Shown: positions 41,647 through 52,361, counted from the stretch's first letter. The stretch: 64,000 bases of DNA from Armatimonadota bacterium (GCA_039811685.1 JBDHZC010000005.1:143150-207149), one strand, 5' to 3'. Numbers and translations: made by a program. The notes: generated by a model not told the origin, from the letters alone.

Positions 41647-42678
41647 TTGGGAAAATCGTTTGGTTTTGGCCTGATTGGCGCGGGAATGATCAGTCAGATG
41701 CACGCCGAAGTTGTGAACCGGCTTCCAAATGCGCATCTGGCCGCAGTCACCGCTGTGCCGTTTGAAGCCGCCCGGAGCTTTGCAACGCGAAATGGCGGAG
41801 ATGCGTGCCAGGACGTGCGGGCGCTTCTTTCACATCCTGACGTAGAGGTCGTCGTGCTCGGCACTCCGTCAGGACTGCATCCTGAGCAGGCTGTGGCCGC
41901 AGCGCAGGCCGGAAAGCACGTTCTCATAGAGAAGCCGATAGGCGTCTCACTCGCTGGCGCGGATGCGGCGATTGCAGCGGCCAAACAGGCGGGCGTGAAG
42001 CTGGGCGTAGTTTCCCAGCGGCGCTTTGACCCTCCCTGCCGCGCCATCAAACAGGCTTTGGAGCGGGGTGAGTTTGGGCGCTGCGTTCTCATAAACGGGT
42101 TTGTGAAGTATTACCGCGAGCCCTCATATTACAGCTCGAGCAACTGGCGCGGCACATGGGCGCTTGACGGCGGTGGAGCGCTCATCAACCAGGGCATCCA
42201 TACGGTGGACCTCGTGCGGTGGATGGGTGGGCCGGTCAAGAGCGTTACTGGTTTTGCGCGCACACTCAGTCACGATATCGAAGTCGAGGACACAGCCAGC
42301 GCAGCCATCGAATTCGAGAGTGGCGCCCTCGGGTGTATCCAGTCCACAACCAGCGCCAGCCCTGGCCTGCATATCAGCGTCGAGGTGCTCGGGGACAAAG
42401 GCTCCGCAATTCTCAAGGACTCCGATATTGTGTTCTGGAAGACTGAGACTTCCGACTGCGCTCCGTCACAGGAGGGGCCCAAGACAGGGTCCGGGTCCAG
42501 AGACCCGATGGCGTTTTCCGCCTCGGGGCATGCGGCGCAGTTTGAGGATTTTCTCAAAGCCATTGCCGAGAATCGCGAGCCGCTGGTCACCGGGCAGGAC
42601 GGACGCGACACTCTGGAGCTTGTGCTGGCTGTCTATGAAGCCAGCCGATCGGGCAGGGTAGTGCATCTTCCGTTATAG
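41647..42678 (+). CDS. Gfo/Idh/MocA family oxidoreductase
   Basis: GLIGAG, TPSGLH, GKHVLIEKP, WRGTWALDGGGALINQGIH, EVED. Confidence 0.93.
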   Translation: MGKSFGFGLIGAGMISQMHAEVVNRLPNAHLAAVTAVPFEAARSFATRNGGDACQDVRALLSHPDVEVVVLGTPSGLHPEQAVAAAQAGKHVLIEKPIGVSLAGADAAIAAAKQAGVKLGVVSQRRFDPPCRAIKQALERGEFGRCVLINGFVKYYREPSYYSSSNWRGTWALDGGGALINQGIHTVDLVRWMGGPVKSVTGFARTLSHDIEVEDTASAAIEFESGALGCIQSTTSASPGLHISVEVLGDKGSAILKDSDIVFWKTETSDCAPSQEGPKTGSGSRDPMAFSASGHAAQFEDFLKAIAENREPLVTGQDGRDTLELVLAVYEASRSGRVVHLPL

Positions 42679-42781
42679 TCCTGTTCCGTGCGCACTGTTG
42701 CGCAATCCCGGACAAACCGCGATAATCTACTGGTTTGGACGGCCTGGCGGCGAGACGTCCAAACGGCTTCATCTGTTCAGA

Positions 42782-43549
42782 ATGTGGCAGTGGCACAGAC
42801 AATTGAAGCGGGCAGGCGCTGTGATTGCGCTGATGATTTTCGCTTTCACGGCCGCATGTCACGCAGACACGCGCAAGCAGTACAGCGTGGAGGGTAAGGT
42901 GGCTAGTGTGCGTGTCTTTCGAAAGGACAGCGCTGTTGTCAGCCTTACCCGGCTGCGGTGGACACACTCGCCGAAGGCGCTTTCGCCTTTGTCAGTCAAA
43001 GCGGTATTGTACGGGGACGCGCAGGCGCTTCGTTCGGATCTGCGTCCCGGTACTAAAGTAAGGGCGACTCTGGTGGAATCTGCAGCAGGAAAATGGCACG
43101 CTCTCGCTTATACAGTCATGGCGAAGAATGCGAACAACTCAACCAGTCCACCGCCACCGGCTGACAAGAACACCGATACTCTGGTGTTCGGGCTCTGCGT
43201 AGAGCCAAATCCTGCAACTCCGCACAGCAGGGTCAGCTTTGCAATGACTTTGCGTAACACCGGCGCTGAGGCCGTCACCTGTCACAGATCCAGCTCACAG
43301 CGATTTGAGATCGTCGCTGAGCGCGAGGGTCGGGCTGTGTGGAAGTGGTCAAGCGGCCGGTTTTTTACAGCCGCTATCGAAACCTTCACCGTGCGGCCGG
43401 GTGAGAACGTCACCTACAGGGCTGAGTGGGATCTCACTGACGAGGAAGGCCGCGCTGTGAAGCCTGGGACATACCAGATCAGGGCGTGGCTGAAGACTAT
43501 GGGTAAAGAGCTGCCGCAGGCGGAAGATGTGAGCCTTGCGGTTCGCTGA
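42782..43549 (+). CDS. exported protein with C-terminal BsuPI (proteinase-inhibitor-like) domain
   Basis: hydrophobic N-terminus ending FTAAC; SSQRFE, VWKWS-GRFF, PGTY motifs; start uncertain. Confidence 0.65.
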   Translation: MWQWHRQLKRAGAVIALMIFAFTAACHADTRKQYSVEGKVASVRVFRKDSAVVSLTRLRWTHSPKALSPLSVKAVLYGDAQALRSDLRPGTKVRATLVESAAGKWHALAYTVMAKNANNSTSPPPPADKNTDTLVFGLCVEPNPATPHSRVSFAMTLRNTGAEAVTCHRSSSQRFEIVAEREGRAVWKWSSGRFFTAAIETFTVRPGENVTYRAEWDLTDEEGRAVKPGTYQIRAWLKTMGKELPQAEDVSLAVR

Positions 43550-43633
43550 GGGCCGAGGCGGATACCAAAAGGGCGCCCGTTTGGCCAGAAGCTGTGGGCT
43601 GAACCAGTACAGATTGAATTCTTGAGGAGTGCT

Positions 43634-46315
43634 ATGAGTAACAAGCGTGTCTATCTTTTCTCTGAAGGCAACGCCAAAATGCGAGATCTGCTTGGCGGAA
43701 AAGGAGCTAACCTGGCGGAGATGACCAACATCGGCCTGCCTGTGCCGCCGGGGTTTACCATCACCACTGAGGCGTGCAATGAGTACACCAGGCTCAAGGC
43801 CATGCCTCCGGGGCTTCTCGATGAAGTGAAGGCAGCGCTTGCGCAGGTTGAGAAGGATATGGGACAGAAGCTGGGAGATCCGGCCAACCCGCTTCTTGTG
43901 TCCGTGCGCTCCGGAGCCAAGTTCTCCATGCCCGGGATGATGGATACGGTCTTGAATCTTGGCCTCAACGACCAGACTTGCGAAGGCATAATCAAGCTCA
44001 CGGGCAACGAGCGCTTCGCCTATGACGCCTACCGCCGCTTCGTCATGATGTTCTCGGACATTGTGCTCTCAGGGCAGTACAAGGAGTTGAAGAAGGAGAA
44101 GTTTGAGCACATCTTCGACGCTTTGAAAGAGGAAGTCGGCGCCCGGCAGGACACTCAGGTGGATGCGGCCGGCCTGAAAAAGCTGGTCAAGCAGTTCAAG
44201 GACTACTTCAAGAAGATCACGGGCGAGGATTTCCCAACTGACCCTCTTCGCCAGCTTGAGCTTGCTGTCGAAGCGGTCTTCAAGAGCTGGAACAACGACC
44301 GTGCCATCACCTATCGCAACCGCGAGAAGATTTCGCACGACCTCGGCACTGCTGTGAACGTGCAGACGATGGTCTATGGCAATATGGGCGATGACTCTGG
44401 CACAGGCGTGGCCTTCACCCGCGACGCTGCCACTGGCGAGCATACCATTTACGGCGAGTTCCTGATGAATGCGCAGGGCGAAGACGTGGTCGCGGGAGTG
44501 CGCACGCCTGAGACCATTGACCAGCTTGCTGAGCACAATCCGGAGATCTACAAGCAGTTTGTGGACATTGCCAGGCTGCTGGAAGATCACTACAAGGATA
44601 TGCAGGATATCGAGTTTACGATCCAGCAGGGCCGGCTTTTCATCCTGCAGTGCCGCGCTGGAAAGCGCACTCCACAGGCTGCCATTGAGATTGCTGTTGA
44701 TCAGGTCAATGAAGGTCTCATCACAAAAGAAGAAGCCATCAAGCGCATGCCCCCGGATGTGCCGGGCCTCATGCTTCTGCCTTCGCTGGATTCGGACTAC
44801 GTGAACCGGCAGAAGCCACTGGTTCTTGCCAAAGGGCTGAATGCCGGCCCCGGTGGCGCTGTTGGAAGGATTGCAATTGGATCACAGTCTGCCCTGAAGA
44901 TGGCGGCCTCCGGCGATCCGGTGATCCTGGTTGGGCGCGAAACGACACCGGACGACCTGGGCGCCATGCTGGCCTCCGTAGGCGTGCTGACCGCCACAGG
45001 CGGCAAGACTTCACACGCCGCTCTTGTCGCCCGGCAGTACGGTATTCCCACAGTTTGTGGCTGTGGTGTGCTGCGTATTGACGACTCCGCGCGCACCATC
45101 AGCGCCAACGGCTCGGTCATGAAGGAAGGGGATTTCATCTCTCTTGACGGAACGAACGGGATGGTCTATCAGGGACAGGTCCCGACCAGAGAGCCGCAGG
45201 TCTCTGGAAAGTTCGCCACTTTTATGGAGTGGGTTGACTCCTTCCGGAAGATGGGTGTGCGGGCAAATGCGGATACTCCCGAGCATGCAGCCGAAGCCGT
45301 AGAGCTTGGTGCGGAGGGTATTGGGTTGTGCCGCACGGAGCACATGTTTATGGGTGACCGTGTGCCACTTGTCCAGGCGATGATTCTGGCTGAGGACGAG
45401 AAGGGACGGGACGAAGCGCTGGACAAGCTTCTTCCGCTGCAGCGGGGCGATTTTGTGGGCATTTTCAAAGCCATGGACGGACGTCCTGTTACTGTTCGCC
45501 TGATTGACCCGCCCCTGCATGAGTTCCTGCCCAGCCTCGAGGAGCTTCTGGTTGAGACTACAGAGATGCGCGTGAAGGGCGATCTTGGCAAAGACTACAT
45601 CGCCAAGATGGCCATTCTTCGCAAGGTGCAGGATTTGCACGAAGCTAATCCGATGCTTGGGTTGCGCGGTTGCCGCCTGAGCATTTACTTCCCGGGAATC
45701 GTCAAGATGCAGGTTGCGGCGATTATCGACGCGGCCTGTGAGCTCAAGAAGCAGGGCCTGAGCGTTCATCCGGAAATCATGATCCCGCTCGTCGGCGTTG
45801 TCACCGAGCTGACCTTCATCCGGGAGCAGCTTGAGCGCGTTGCGCAGGAGACGATGGAGGCTGAAGGCGTGGAGGTCGAGTACAAGTTCGGCACTATGAT
45901 TGAGATTCCGCGCGCGGCTCTGACGGCGGACGAGATTGCCAGGGAAGCGGCTTTCTTCAGCTTCGGAACCAACGACCTCACGCAGATGGCCTACGGTATC
46001 AGCCGCGACGACGCTGGCAAGTTCCTGCCGCTCTATATTGAGAAGCAGATTCTGAACGTAGACCCCACCGAGTCAATCGACGTCAAGGGAGTTGGGAGAC
46101 TGATGGAGATTTGCGTGGAGGATGCGCGGAAGGTGAATCCAGATATAAAGCTGGGTATCTGCGGTGAGCACGGCGGCGATCCGGACTCCGTAAAGTTCTG
46201 CAGCAAGCTGGGTCTGAACTACGTTTCCTGTTCGCCCAAGCGCGTGCCGGTAGCCCGGCTTTCGGCGGCGCAGGCTGAGCTTGAAAAAGACGGCGGTGCG
46301 ACTCGCGACGTCTAG
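43634..46315 (+). CDS. ppdK: pyruvate, phosphate dikinase
   Basis: LLGGKGANL, SMPGMMDT, GEDVVAG, TSHAA, GLCRTEHM, GTNDLTQ, CGEHGG. Confidence 0.99.
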   Translation: MSNKRVYLFSEGNAKMRDLLGGKGANLAEMTNIGLPVPPGFTITTEACNEYTRLKAMPPGLLDEVKAALAQVEKDMGQKLGDPANPLLVSVRSGAKFSMPGMMDTVLNLGLNDQTCEGIIKLTGNERFAYDAYRRFVMMFSDIVLSGQYKELKKEKFEHIFDALKEEVGARQDTQVDAAGLKKLVKQFKDYFKKITGEDFPTDPLRQLELAVEAVFKSWNNDRAITYRNREKISHDLGTAVNVQTMVYGNMGDDSGTGVAFTRDAATGEHTIYGEFLMNAQGEDVVAGVRTPETIDQLAEHNPEIYKQFVDIARLLEDHYKDMQDIEFTIQQGRLFILQCRAGKRTPQAAIEIAVDQVNEGLITKEEAIKRMPPDVPGLMLLPSLDSDYVNRQKPLVLAKGLNAGPGGAVGRIAIGSQSALKMAASGDPVILVGRETTPDDLGAMLASVGVLTATGGKTSHAALVARQYGIPTVCGCGVLRIDDSARTISANGSVMKEGDFISLDGTNGMVYQGQVPTREPQVSGKFATFMEWVDSFRKMGVRANADTPEHAAEAVELGAEGIGLCRTEHMFMGDRVPLVQAMILAEDEKGRDEALDKLLPLQRGDFVGIFKAMDGRPVTVRLIDPPLHEFLPSLEELLVETTEMRVKGDLGKDYIAKMAILRKVQDLHEANPMLGLRGCRLSIYFPGIVKMQVAAIIDAACELKKQGLSVHPEIMIPLVGVVTELTFIREQLERVAQETMEAEGVEVEYKFGTMIEIPRAALTADEIAREAAFFSFGTNDLTQMAYGISRDDAGKFLPLYIEKQILNVDPTESIDVKGVGRLMEICVEDARKVNPDIKLGICGEHGGDPDSVKFCSKLGLNYVSCSPKRVPVARLSAAQAELEKDGGATRDV

Positions 46316-46341
46316 GAGCCTTCACGGCATTGACTTCTGCG

Positions 46342-46370
46342 AAGGCCGCCCCGAAAGGGGCGGCCTTTTT
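46342..46370 (+). terminator. intrinsic terminator after ppdK
   Basis: AAGGCCGCCCC-GAAA-GGGGCGGCCTT then T-tract. Confidence 0.9.
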
Positions 46371-46419
46371 CAATGATAACCTGGCTCAGTTTCTGTCGCG
46401 TATGTCCGGTCGCTCCCGA

Positions 46420-47307
46420 TCAGCTTTCCAGCAACCCTCTGTGATCCAGCCCCGATAGCAGCATGTGGAAGTAAACCAGACCCGCATAAGGACGCCACGC
46501 ACTCAGAATCTCGTGCACGCTCTTGTAGTCCAGGGGGGCCTCGATTCCCAGCCAGCTCTGAAGTCTTCCGCGGGCGCCAACATCGTCGCCCGGGAACAGA
46601 TTCGTACGTCCAAATCCTCGTAAAAGCGCATATTCCGCGCTCCAGCGTCCGATGCCCTTCAGGCGGCTCAGCCGCTCGACTATCGCCTCATCCTCCAGCG
46701 GTTCCAGCTCTGCTTCATCAACTTCGCCGTTTGCGAAGGCCTCTCCGAGAGCTATCAGCGAGTTCGCTTTGGCCCGGCTCAGCTTCAGCGCTCGCAGCTC
46801 ATCAAAATCCGCTGCGGCAAGGGCTTCAGGTTCGGGAAAAGCTGCAAGTCCGCTGGCAGAGTGTTGTCCAAGTGCTGCGCACACCCGGCTCAGTATCTGC
46901 AGGCCGACCGTGAGCGTAATCTGTTGACAGCAAACTGCGTTGACCAATGCCTCGAACAATGTCGGGTAGCGCGGTGGATGAAATCCTTGAAAGCGCATGG
47001 CCAGCTCCCACAGACGGCTGTCTTTGCGCGCCATCTCGAAAAACGGCTTCATATTCACATTCAACCCGAGCAGCCGCGTCAGAATCGGCGCTGCGTCAAC
47101 CTCTGCGTCCGTTACGCTCGCCTGCAGCTCCGTTGGCCCGCTCTGGGTGACTGACACTTCCACGGCACCCTTGCGGGTCAGGAAAGCGCGGGAGTAAGTC
47201 TGACCATCCCATCGGTCTATCTGGTTGTCCACCCGCCTGCGCAGCGCCCACACGGTGAAATCCAGCCGGAAAGGAGGCGCCGCCTGTATTCTTATCAGTT
47301 CACTCAC
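46420..47307 (-). CDS. alkA: AlkA-family DNA-3-methyladenine glycosylase (HhH-GPD)
   Basis: FEAL...QQI, FPEP, LKGIGRWSAEY, FPGDD, WRPY; start uncertain. Confidence 0.85.
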   Translation of the reverse strand: MSELIRIQAAPPFRLDFTVWALRRRVDNQIDRWDGQTYSRAFLTRKGAVEVSVTQSGPTELQASVTDAEVDAAPILTRLLGLNVNMKPFFEMARKDSRLWELAMRFQGFHPPRYPTLFEALVNAVCCQQITLTVGLQILSRVCAALGQHSASGLAAFPEPEALAAADFDELRALKLSRAKANSLIALGEAFANGEVDEAELEPLEDEAIVERLSRLKGIGRWSAEYALLRGFGRTNLFPGDDVGARGRLQSWLGIEAPLDYKSVHEILSAWRPYAGLVYFHMLLSGLDHRGLLES

Positions 47308-47439
47308 GATAGTATTTTTATCCCCGAGAAGCCGGTGCGGCAATCCTGAGCGCAACCAGACGCTAAATGGAGCGCCAGACTGCGGGTGCGGCAGGTTGAA
47401 TACTGCGGGGCGGTGAAATCGCTTACTGGAGGAGGCTGT

Positions 47440-50013
47440 ATGAAGCGTTGTGGCTATGTGAGTCTGGTTCAGATTCCGCTTCAGGCTCGGGTATTAGTAG
47501 TAGCGGTTGTAATTGGAGGAGTTGTGGCGATGGCGGCACACGCGCAGACGGGCAGTACAACAGGCTTTGTCGAGAAGTTCAGTTCTACAAAGCTGCCATC
47601 CCCGTTGCGCTGGCATGCGCCCGTGCCGGGACCGGTGTACCGCATCAGTAATGGCGCCCTCCACATTGAACTCCCTGAATCCGTGGGTGGATTTGACGTC
47701 TGGACAGAGTCCGATAACGCTCCCTCGCTCTTTGCTGAGGCGCCTGTGGGAGACTGGGACATGTCTGCGCGTATCCGCCTGGAGCATGTGCCAGCGGAGG
47801 CAGAGTTCCACGCAGGGCTGGCGGAGCGCTTCTCAGATGGGCACACGATGCTATGGGGACCTTATCAAAGCCGGCGTTTCACGGGAGTTGATGGACGGCA
47901 GATATGGCTTGAGCGCACGGGTGAAGGGCGGATGGATGCGCTTTCAATGTCTGGAGATGTAGTGGATTTGCGCGTTGAAAAGCGGGGCGCGCACTACACG
48001 TTCGCCCTGCGCCGTGAGGGAGAAGCCTCCTGGAGTGAGGTCGCAGCCACCTCTTCACTCAGCGAAGCGAAGCAGGTTGGCGTCGTGGTGAAGACATTTT
48101 CTTCGGATGGAGGCCGTTCACAGCCGGTCTCTGTGGCGGTGGAGGAGCTCGCGCTGACACCAGTGGAGGAAGCGAGCGCAAGCGCAAATGACGGCTCTGT
48201 CAGGATTGACGTCACACGCGATGGCCTGTTCAAAGTGGATCGCAACATATACGGGCACTTCATTGAGCACCTCGGAAAGTGTATTCACAGGGGCCTGTGG
48301 GCGGAGCTTCTGAACAATCGGAAGTTCGCCGGGTCAACCTCGGCAAAGGGAGTTATTGAGCGCTGGGAGCCGGTTGGTACGGCGGACTTTTCTGACGGAC
48401 ACGACGATCCCTACACGGGCGGACAGTATCAGCGCATCGTTCTGACTGGCGCTCCGGCTGGCATTGCTCAGGCGGGAATTGGGTTGATTGCTGACAAGAG
48501 CTACGATGTGCGCATCATCGCCCGCGCGCCTGACCAGAAGGCCAGCCTTCGAGCGCGGCTCGGTGCGGCAGAGGTGGAGGTCGGCGCCCCGCGTGTGACC
48601 TGGCAGGAGTTCAAGGTGACCCTGAAAAGCGCTCAAAACACGGCGCAGGGACGCTTTGAGATTCTCGCATCCGGCTCAGGCCGAGTGGATATCGGCTGTG
48701 TCTCCGTCATGCCCTCAGACAATCTGCAGGGCTTCCGGCGTGACGTGATTGAAACCGTGCGGGCTATCAAACCGCCGAATGTCCGGTGGCCGGGTGGAAA
48801 CTTCGTCTCCGGTTACGACTGGCGCGAAGGCATTGGACCCCGGGACAGACGTCCGCCGCGCTGGGATCGAGCCTGGCGCGCGTGGGAGATGAACGACGTC
48901 GGGACAGATGAGTTCATAGACTTCTGCCGTCTGCTGGACACGCAGCCCTATATTTGCGTGAATGCGGGGGAGGGCACGCCACGACAGGCTGCGGAGTGGG
49001 TAGAGTATTGTAACGGCTCAACGAACACGGCGATGGGCGCTCTGCGCGCAGCTAACGGCCATCCGCAACCGTACGATGTCCTTTTGTGGGGCACCGGTAA
49101 CGAGATATGGGGTGACTGGCAACTGGGGCACGTCAGCGCCGTGATTCACGCGCTAAAAGCGGTGGAGTTGGCGCGGGCGATGCTCGCAGTGGATCCACGG
49201 CTGAAGCTTGTGTTGTGCGGTGTGGATGGCGACAGCTATGGTGACTGGAACCGCCAGATTCTTCCTGTCGCCGGACAGTACCACGACTATCTTGCTGTCC
49301 ACTACTACAAACGCGCAAGCTTCGCTGATCCGCCAGCCCTGCTCTACGAAAGCGTTGTCACTGCGCCGGACGACGTAGAGCAGCGTCTGCGCCACACCCT
49401 CGAGATCATCAGAGAGAAGATTCCCCAGCGTCCGATTCCCGTCGCCTTTGACGAGTGGAACGTCAGCTATGCAAGAGCATTGCAGCAAAATCCGCTCACC
49501 GACCAACCGCCGCTTGCTGATGCTTTGTTTGAAGCTGGTGTCTTCCACGCGATGATCCGGCTGGGCGATCGCGTGACGCTGGCCAATCTCGCGCAGCTTG
49601 TGAATGTGCTCGGGCTGCTTCGCGTGTCAGACACAGAGGTCCTCAAGACGCCGGGTTTTCTGGCTTTCGAGATGTATGCGCCACACTTCTATGGTCAGGC
49701 GCAGAGCGTGACGCTTCCAGAGCGCTTGCGCGGGCTTGTTGACATTGTCGCTGTGCGTCCGGAAAACGCAGGGACCCTTGCGGTCGGCCTCATTAACCGC
49801 AGTCTGGACCGCGCATGTCCGGTTACGTTAGCGCTCAGTGGATTCAAGCCTCAGCGCGTCAGCCTGATGCGCATCAACGCAAGCTCCATCGAAGCCACGA
49901 ATACCTGGAAGAATCCTGATGCCATCAGAATCCTGCGCGAGAATCCGAAGTGGACGCCGCACTGGGAGCTGCCTGCGCACTCTGTCACAGTGCTGCTGTT
50001 GAGTGAGCGCTAG
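47440..50013 (+). CDS. secreted GH51 alpha-L-arabinofuranosidase-like enzyme
   Basis: YGHFIEH, RWPGG, GTDEF, WVEYCN, GNE, HYY, FDEWN, AQLVN; GGAGG RBS. Confidence 0.9.
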   Translation: MKRCGYVSLVQIPLQARVLVVAVVIGGVVAMAAHAQTGSTTGFVEKFSSTKLPSPLRWHAPVPGPVYRISNGALHIELPESVGGFDVWTESDNAPSLFAEAPVGDWDMSARIRLEHVPAEAEFHAGLAERFSDGHTMLWGPYQSRRFTGVDGRQIWLERTGEGRMDALSMSGDVVDLRVEKRGAHYTFALRREGEASWSEVAATSSLSEAKQVGVVVKTFSSDGGRSQPVSVAVEELALTPVEEASASANDGSVRIDVTRDGLFKVDRNIYGHFIEHLGKCIHRGLWAELLNNRKFAGSTSAKGVIERWEPVGTADFSDGHDDPYTGGQYQRIVLTGAPAGIAQAGIGLIADKSYDVRIIARAPDQKASLRARLGAAEVEVGAPRVTWQEFKVTLKSAQNTAQGRFEILASGSGRVDIGCVSVMPSDNLQGFRRDVIETVRAIKPPNVRWPGGNFVSGYDWREGIGPRDRRPPRWDRAWRAWEMNDVGTDEFIDFCRLLDTQPYICVNAGEGTPRQAAEWVEYCNGSTNTAMGALRAANGHPQPYDVLLWGTGNEIWGDWQLGHVSAVIHALKAVELARAMLAVDPRLKLVLCGVDGDSYGDWNRQILPVAGQYHDYLAVHYYKRASFADPPALLYESVVTAPDDVEQRLRHTLEIIREKIPQRPIPVAFDEWNVSYARALQQNPLTDQPPLADALFEAGVFHAMIRLGDRVTLANLAQLVNVLGLLRVSDTEVLKTPGFLAFEMYAPHFYGQAQSVTLPERLRGLVDIVAVRPENAGTLAVGLINRSLDRACPVTLALSGFKPQRVSLMRINASSIEATNTWKNPDAIRILRENPKWTPHWELPAHSVTVLLLSER

Positions 50014-51458
50014 GCCTGAGATTCGGACTCAGCTTCTGCGGCCATCGCCAGCGCGCCATTTGCTCCGTCCGCTGTCCCTCTCACTCCGGAGACGACAGCT
50101 CCAAGAGCCGCAACGATTGCTGCCGCCAGAAAGCAGGCGCGAGAAGCGAAGAACACGACTTCCCCGGAGAGGTCGCGGGGCCCAGTCAACGTGGTGAATA
50201 TAGCGCCTGCCAGCCCGACGCCGCACGCCATCCCCGTATTGCGGGCTGTCGCAAGCATTCCGGAGGCTATGCCCTGCCGGTTGGCCGGCGCTGCGCCCAT
50301 GAGAGCAGAGTTGTTGGGAGAGGTGAATAGCCCGGAGCCCAGTCCGGAAAGGGCGAGGCTGAGCGCGATGTAGGTCAGAGGTGTCGCTTGTCCGACTCTT
50401 GCCAGCATCAGGCTGCCTGCCGCAAGCGCCAGCATGCCGGCTGTGGCTGGAAACCGCGTGCCTATGCGGTCGGAGAGCGTTCCGCTGAGCGGTGCGACAA
50501 TGGCCATTACCAGAGGTTGCGCTGTCATCACCAGGCCGGCTCTGGCCGCATCCAGCCCGCAGCCCTGGATCAGATAGAATGGCAGGATAAACAGCACAAC
50601 ATAGCTGGTCGTGTATTGCAGAACAGCACTCACTGTAGAGGTCGAGAACAGCCAGCTTCGAAACAGACTCAGGTCCAGCATGGGCTGGCGATCTATATGC
50701 TCCCACCAGAGAAACACGCTCAGGAGAACGGCCGAAGTCGCGACAAGCCCCAGCGTTAGCGCAGACTTCCAGCCCCAGGCATGTCCCTGGTTGAGCGCCA
50801 GAAGCAGACACACCAGACCTGAGGTGAAGAGCGCTGCGCCAGTGAAGTCAAAGCGTTCGTGTCCAGCGCCCGGATCTTTTGGGATAAAGCGCCAACCCAG
50901 CCACAGTGCAAGGGACCCTGTCGGCACGTTGATATAGAACACCGACCGCCAACCGAGTGAGTGCGCCAGAAATCCTCCGAGCGCCGGCCCGACAGTCAGA
51001 CCGAGATAAGTCATTGTTGCCTGCAAGCCCAGAGCTTTTCCACGTTCTGAAGCCGGGAAGCCGCCTGTGAGAATAGCTGGTGCGTTAGCGAAAAGCATAG
51101 CTCCGCCGACCGCCTGCACACCCCGAAACGCTACCAGCCACCAGACGCTCCATGACAGCCCGCACAACCCAGAGCTGATGACAAAGATGATGAAGCCCGT
51201 GAGATAGATGTTTCTGTGACCGCGCATGTCGCCCAGGCGGCCAAAGCTGAGGAGCACGCCGCTGAGGACCAGTAGATAGACTGTGACAATCCACTCCACG
51301 GATGCGACGTCTGTGCGCATCACCTCGCGGATGACCGGCAGTACGACGTTGACAACGCTTGCGTCCAGCGCAGACATGAAAGTGCCGGCGCCTATCGCCA
51401 GCAGAATCATCCACTTGCCGGTATCGTTGGGCGCGGATAGAGGCCGAGGGCTGTTCAT
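50010..51458 (-). CDS. DHA2/EmrB-QacA family MFS efflux transporter
   Basis: FMSALDASVVNV, GRLGDMRG, GPALGG, WRSVFYINVP, PMLDL; about 14 TMs; start uncertain. Confidence 0.92.
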   Translation of the reverse strand: MNSPRPLSAPNDTGKWMILLAIGAGTFMSALDASVVNVVLPVIREVMRTDVASVEWIVTVYLLVLSGVLLSFGRLGDMRGHRNIYLTGFIIFVISSGLCGLSWSVWWLVAFRGVQAVGGAMLFANAPAILTGGFPASERGKALGLQATMTYLGLTVGPALGGFLAHSLGWRSVFYINVPTGSLALWLGWRFIPKDPGAGHERFDFTGAALFTSGLVCLLLALNQGHAWGWKSALTLGLVATSAVLLSVFLWWEHIDRQPMLDLSLFRSWLFSTSTVSAVLQYTTSYVVLFILPFYLIQGCGLDAARAGLVMTAQPLVMAIVAPLSGTLSDRIGTRFPATAGMLALAAGSLMLARVGQATPLTYIALSLALSGLGSGLFTSPNNSALMGAAPANRQGIASGMLATARNTGMACGVGLAGAIFTTLTGPRDLSGEVVFFASRACFLAAAIVAALGAVVSGVRGTADGANGALAMAAEAESESQA

Positions 51459-51537
51459 ACAGCAGGGAGTATAGTCGCCCCGCTTCCGCCTGTCAGCCCC
51501 GGCGAAGGCATTCACTCACCCAGGGCAGCGTCTGGTT

Positions 51538-52080
51538 TTAGTCCGCTCCCGCGCCCCAGCCGCCGGCGTACGGCAGATAGTCTCTCCACGCCTCATTGCG
51601 CTGGCCATCTACGTACTTCGTGAGGCTGACGAAAGGAACCCACTTTGGCCGTCTCGGAGGATGCGTCAGATGGAAGCCGATCTGCTGGAGGCTTTTGTCG
51701 CCCTTCTTGATGTTACATTTGCGGCAGCAGCAGACCAGATTCTCCCAGTCCGTGCGTCCGCCAAGCCGGCGCGGGATGACGTGGTCAATGGTCAGCTCAT
51801 GTGAGCGCGCGCCGCAGTACTGACAGGTGTAGTTGTCCCGTGCGAAAATTGAGCGCCTCGACAACCGCAGCCGTGGATACGGCCGCTTGATATGATAGCG
51901 CAGCCGCACAACGGAGGGACTGATCATCGTGGTACTGCACGAATGGATCTCCATGTGATCGCTATGCAGCACATCCACCTTGCCGAGGTAGATCAGCCCG
52001 ATAGCCCGCTTCATATTGCAGATGTTAATCGGTTCGTAGTCGCTGTTCAGGACCAGGACATCCTGGTTGAGTGGGTTCAT
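51538..52080 (-). CDS. HNH endonuclease with PLMP-like N-terminus (IshB-like)
   Basis: VLVLNSDYEPINI...RAI N-terminus; RDNYTCQYCG, TIDHVIP, WENLVCCCRKCNIKKG; 180 aa. Confidence 0.88.
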   Translation of the reverse strand: MNPLNQDVLVLNSDYEPINICNMKRAIGLIYLGKVDVLHSDHMEIHSCSTTMISPSVVRLRYHIKRPYPRLRLSRRSIFARDNYTCQYCGARSHELTIDHVIPRRLGGRTDWENLVCCCRKCNIKKGDKSLQQIGFHLTHPPRRPKWVPFVSLTKYVDGQRNEAWRDYLPYAGGWGAGAD

Positions 52081-52150
52081 ATATGTCCCATCGCTGCCAG
52101 AGGCTCAGCCATCTCACTGGCGTATTAGCCCCTCGGAGCGCGGACCGGCA

Positions 52151-52192
52151 ACAAAAAAGCCCGCTCTTCGTCAGGACGAGTGGGAGCGGACT
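52151..52192 (-). terminator. intrinsic terminator/attenuator upstream of HNH gene
   Basis: minus strand AGTCCGCTC...GAGCGGGCT then T-tract. Confidence 0.75.
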
Positions 52193-52361
52193 TCAGGCGC
52201 GCAAAAACATCTGGCCAGAGGTTGAATGGCGGAAGACGAACTCTTCCAGCGCCCTCTGTCTATCCTTGAGGCAAATCGCGTTGTGTTCAGGTGGGGTGGC
52301 GTTCATTCAGTTGACACCCGGGAAAAGCGCCGGCGAACCGGCGCAAAAACCTTTCCCAACT
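52151..52361 (-). ncRNA. putative structured leader/ncRNA containing a 37-codon uORF (52193-52306)
   Basis: three hairpins, bounded by consensus promoter and terminator. Confidence 0.55.

Noticed and set aside
52300-52320. GTCAAC on the minus strand resembling the start of HEARO/omegaRNA scaffolds
   Set aside because: Six-base match only; following sequence does not match, so not counted as evidence
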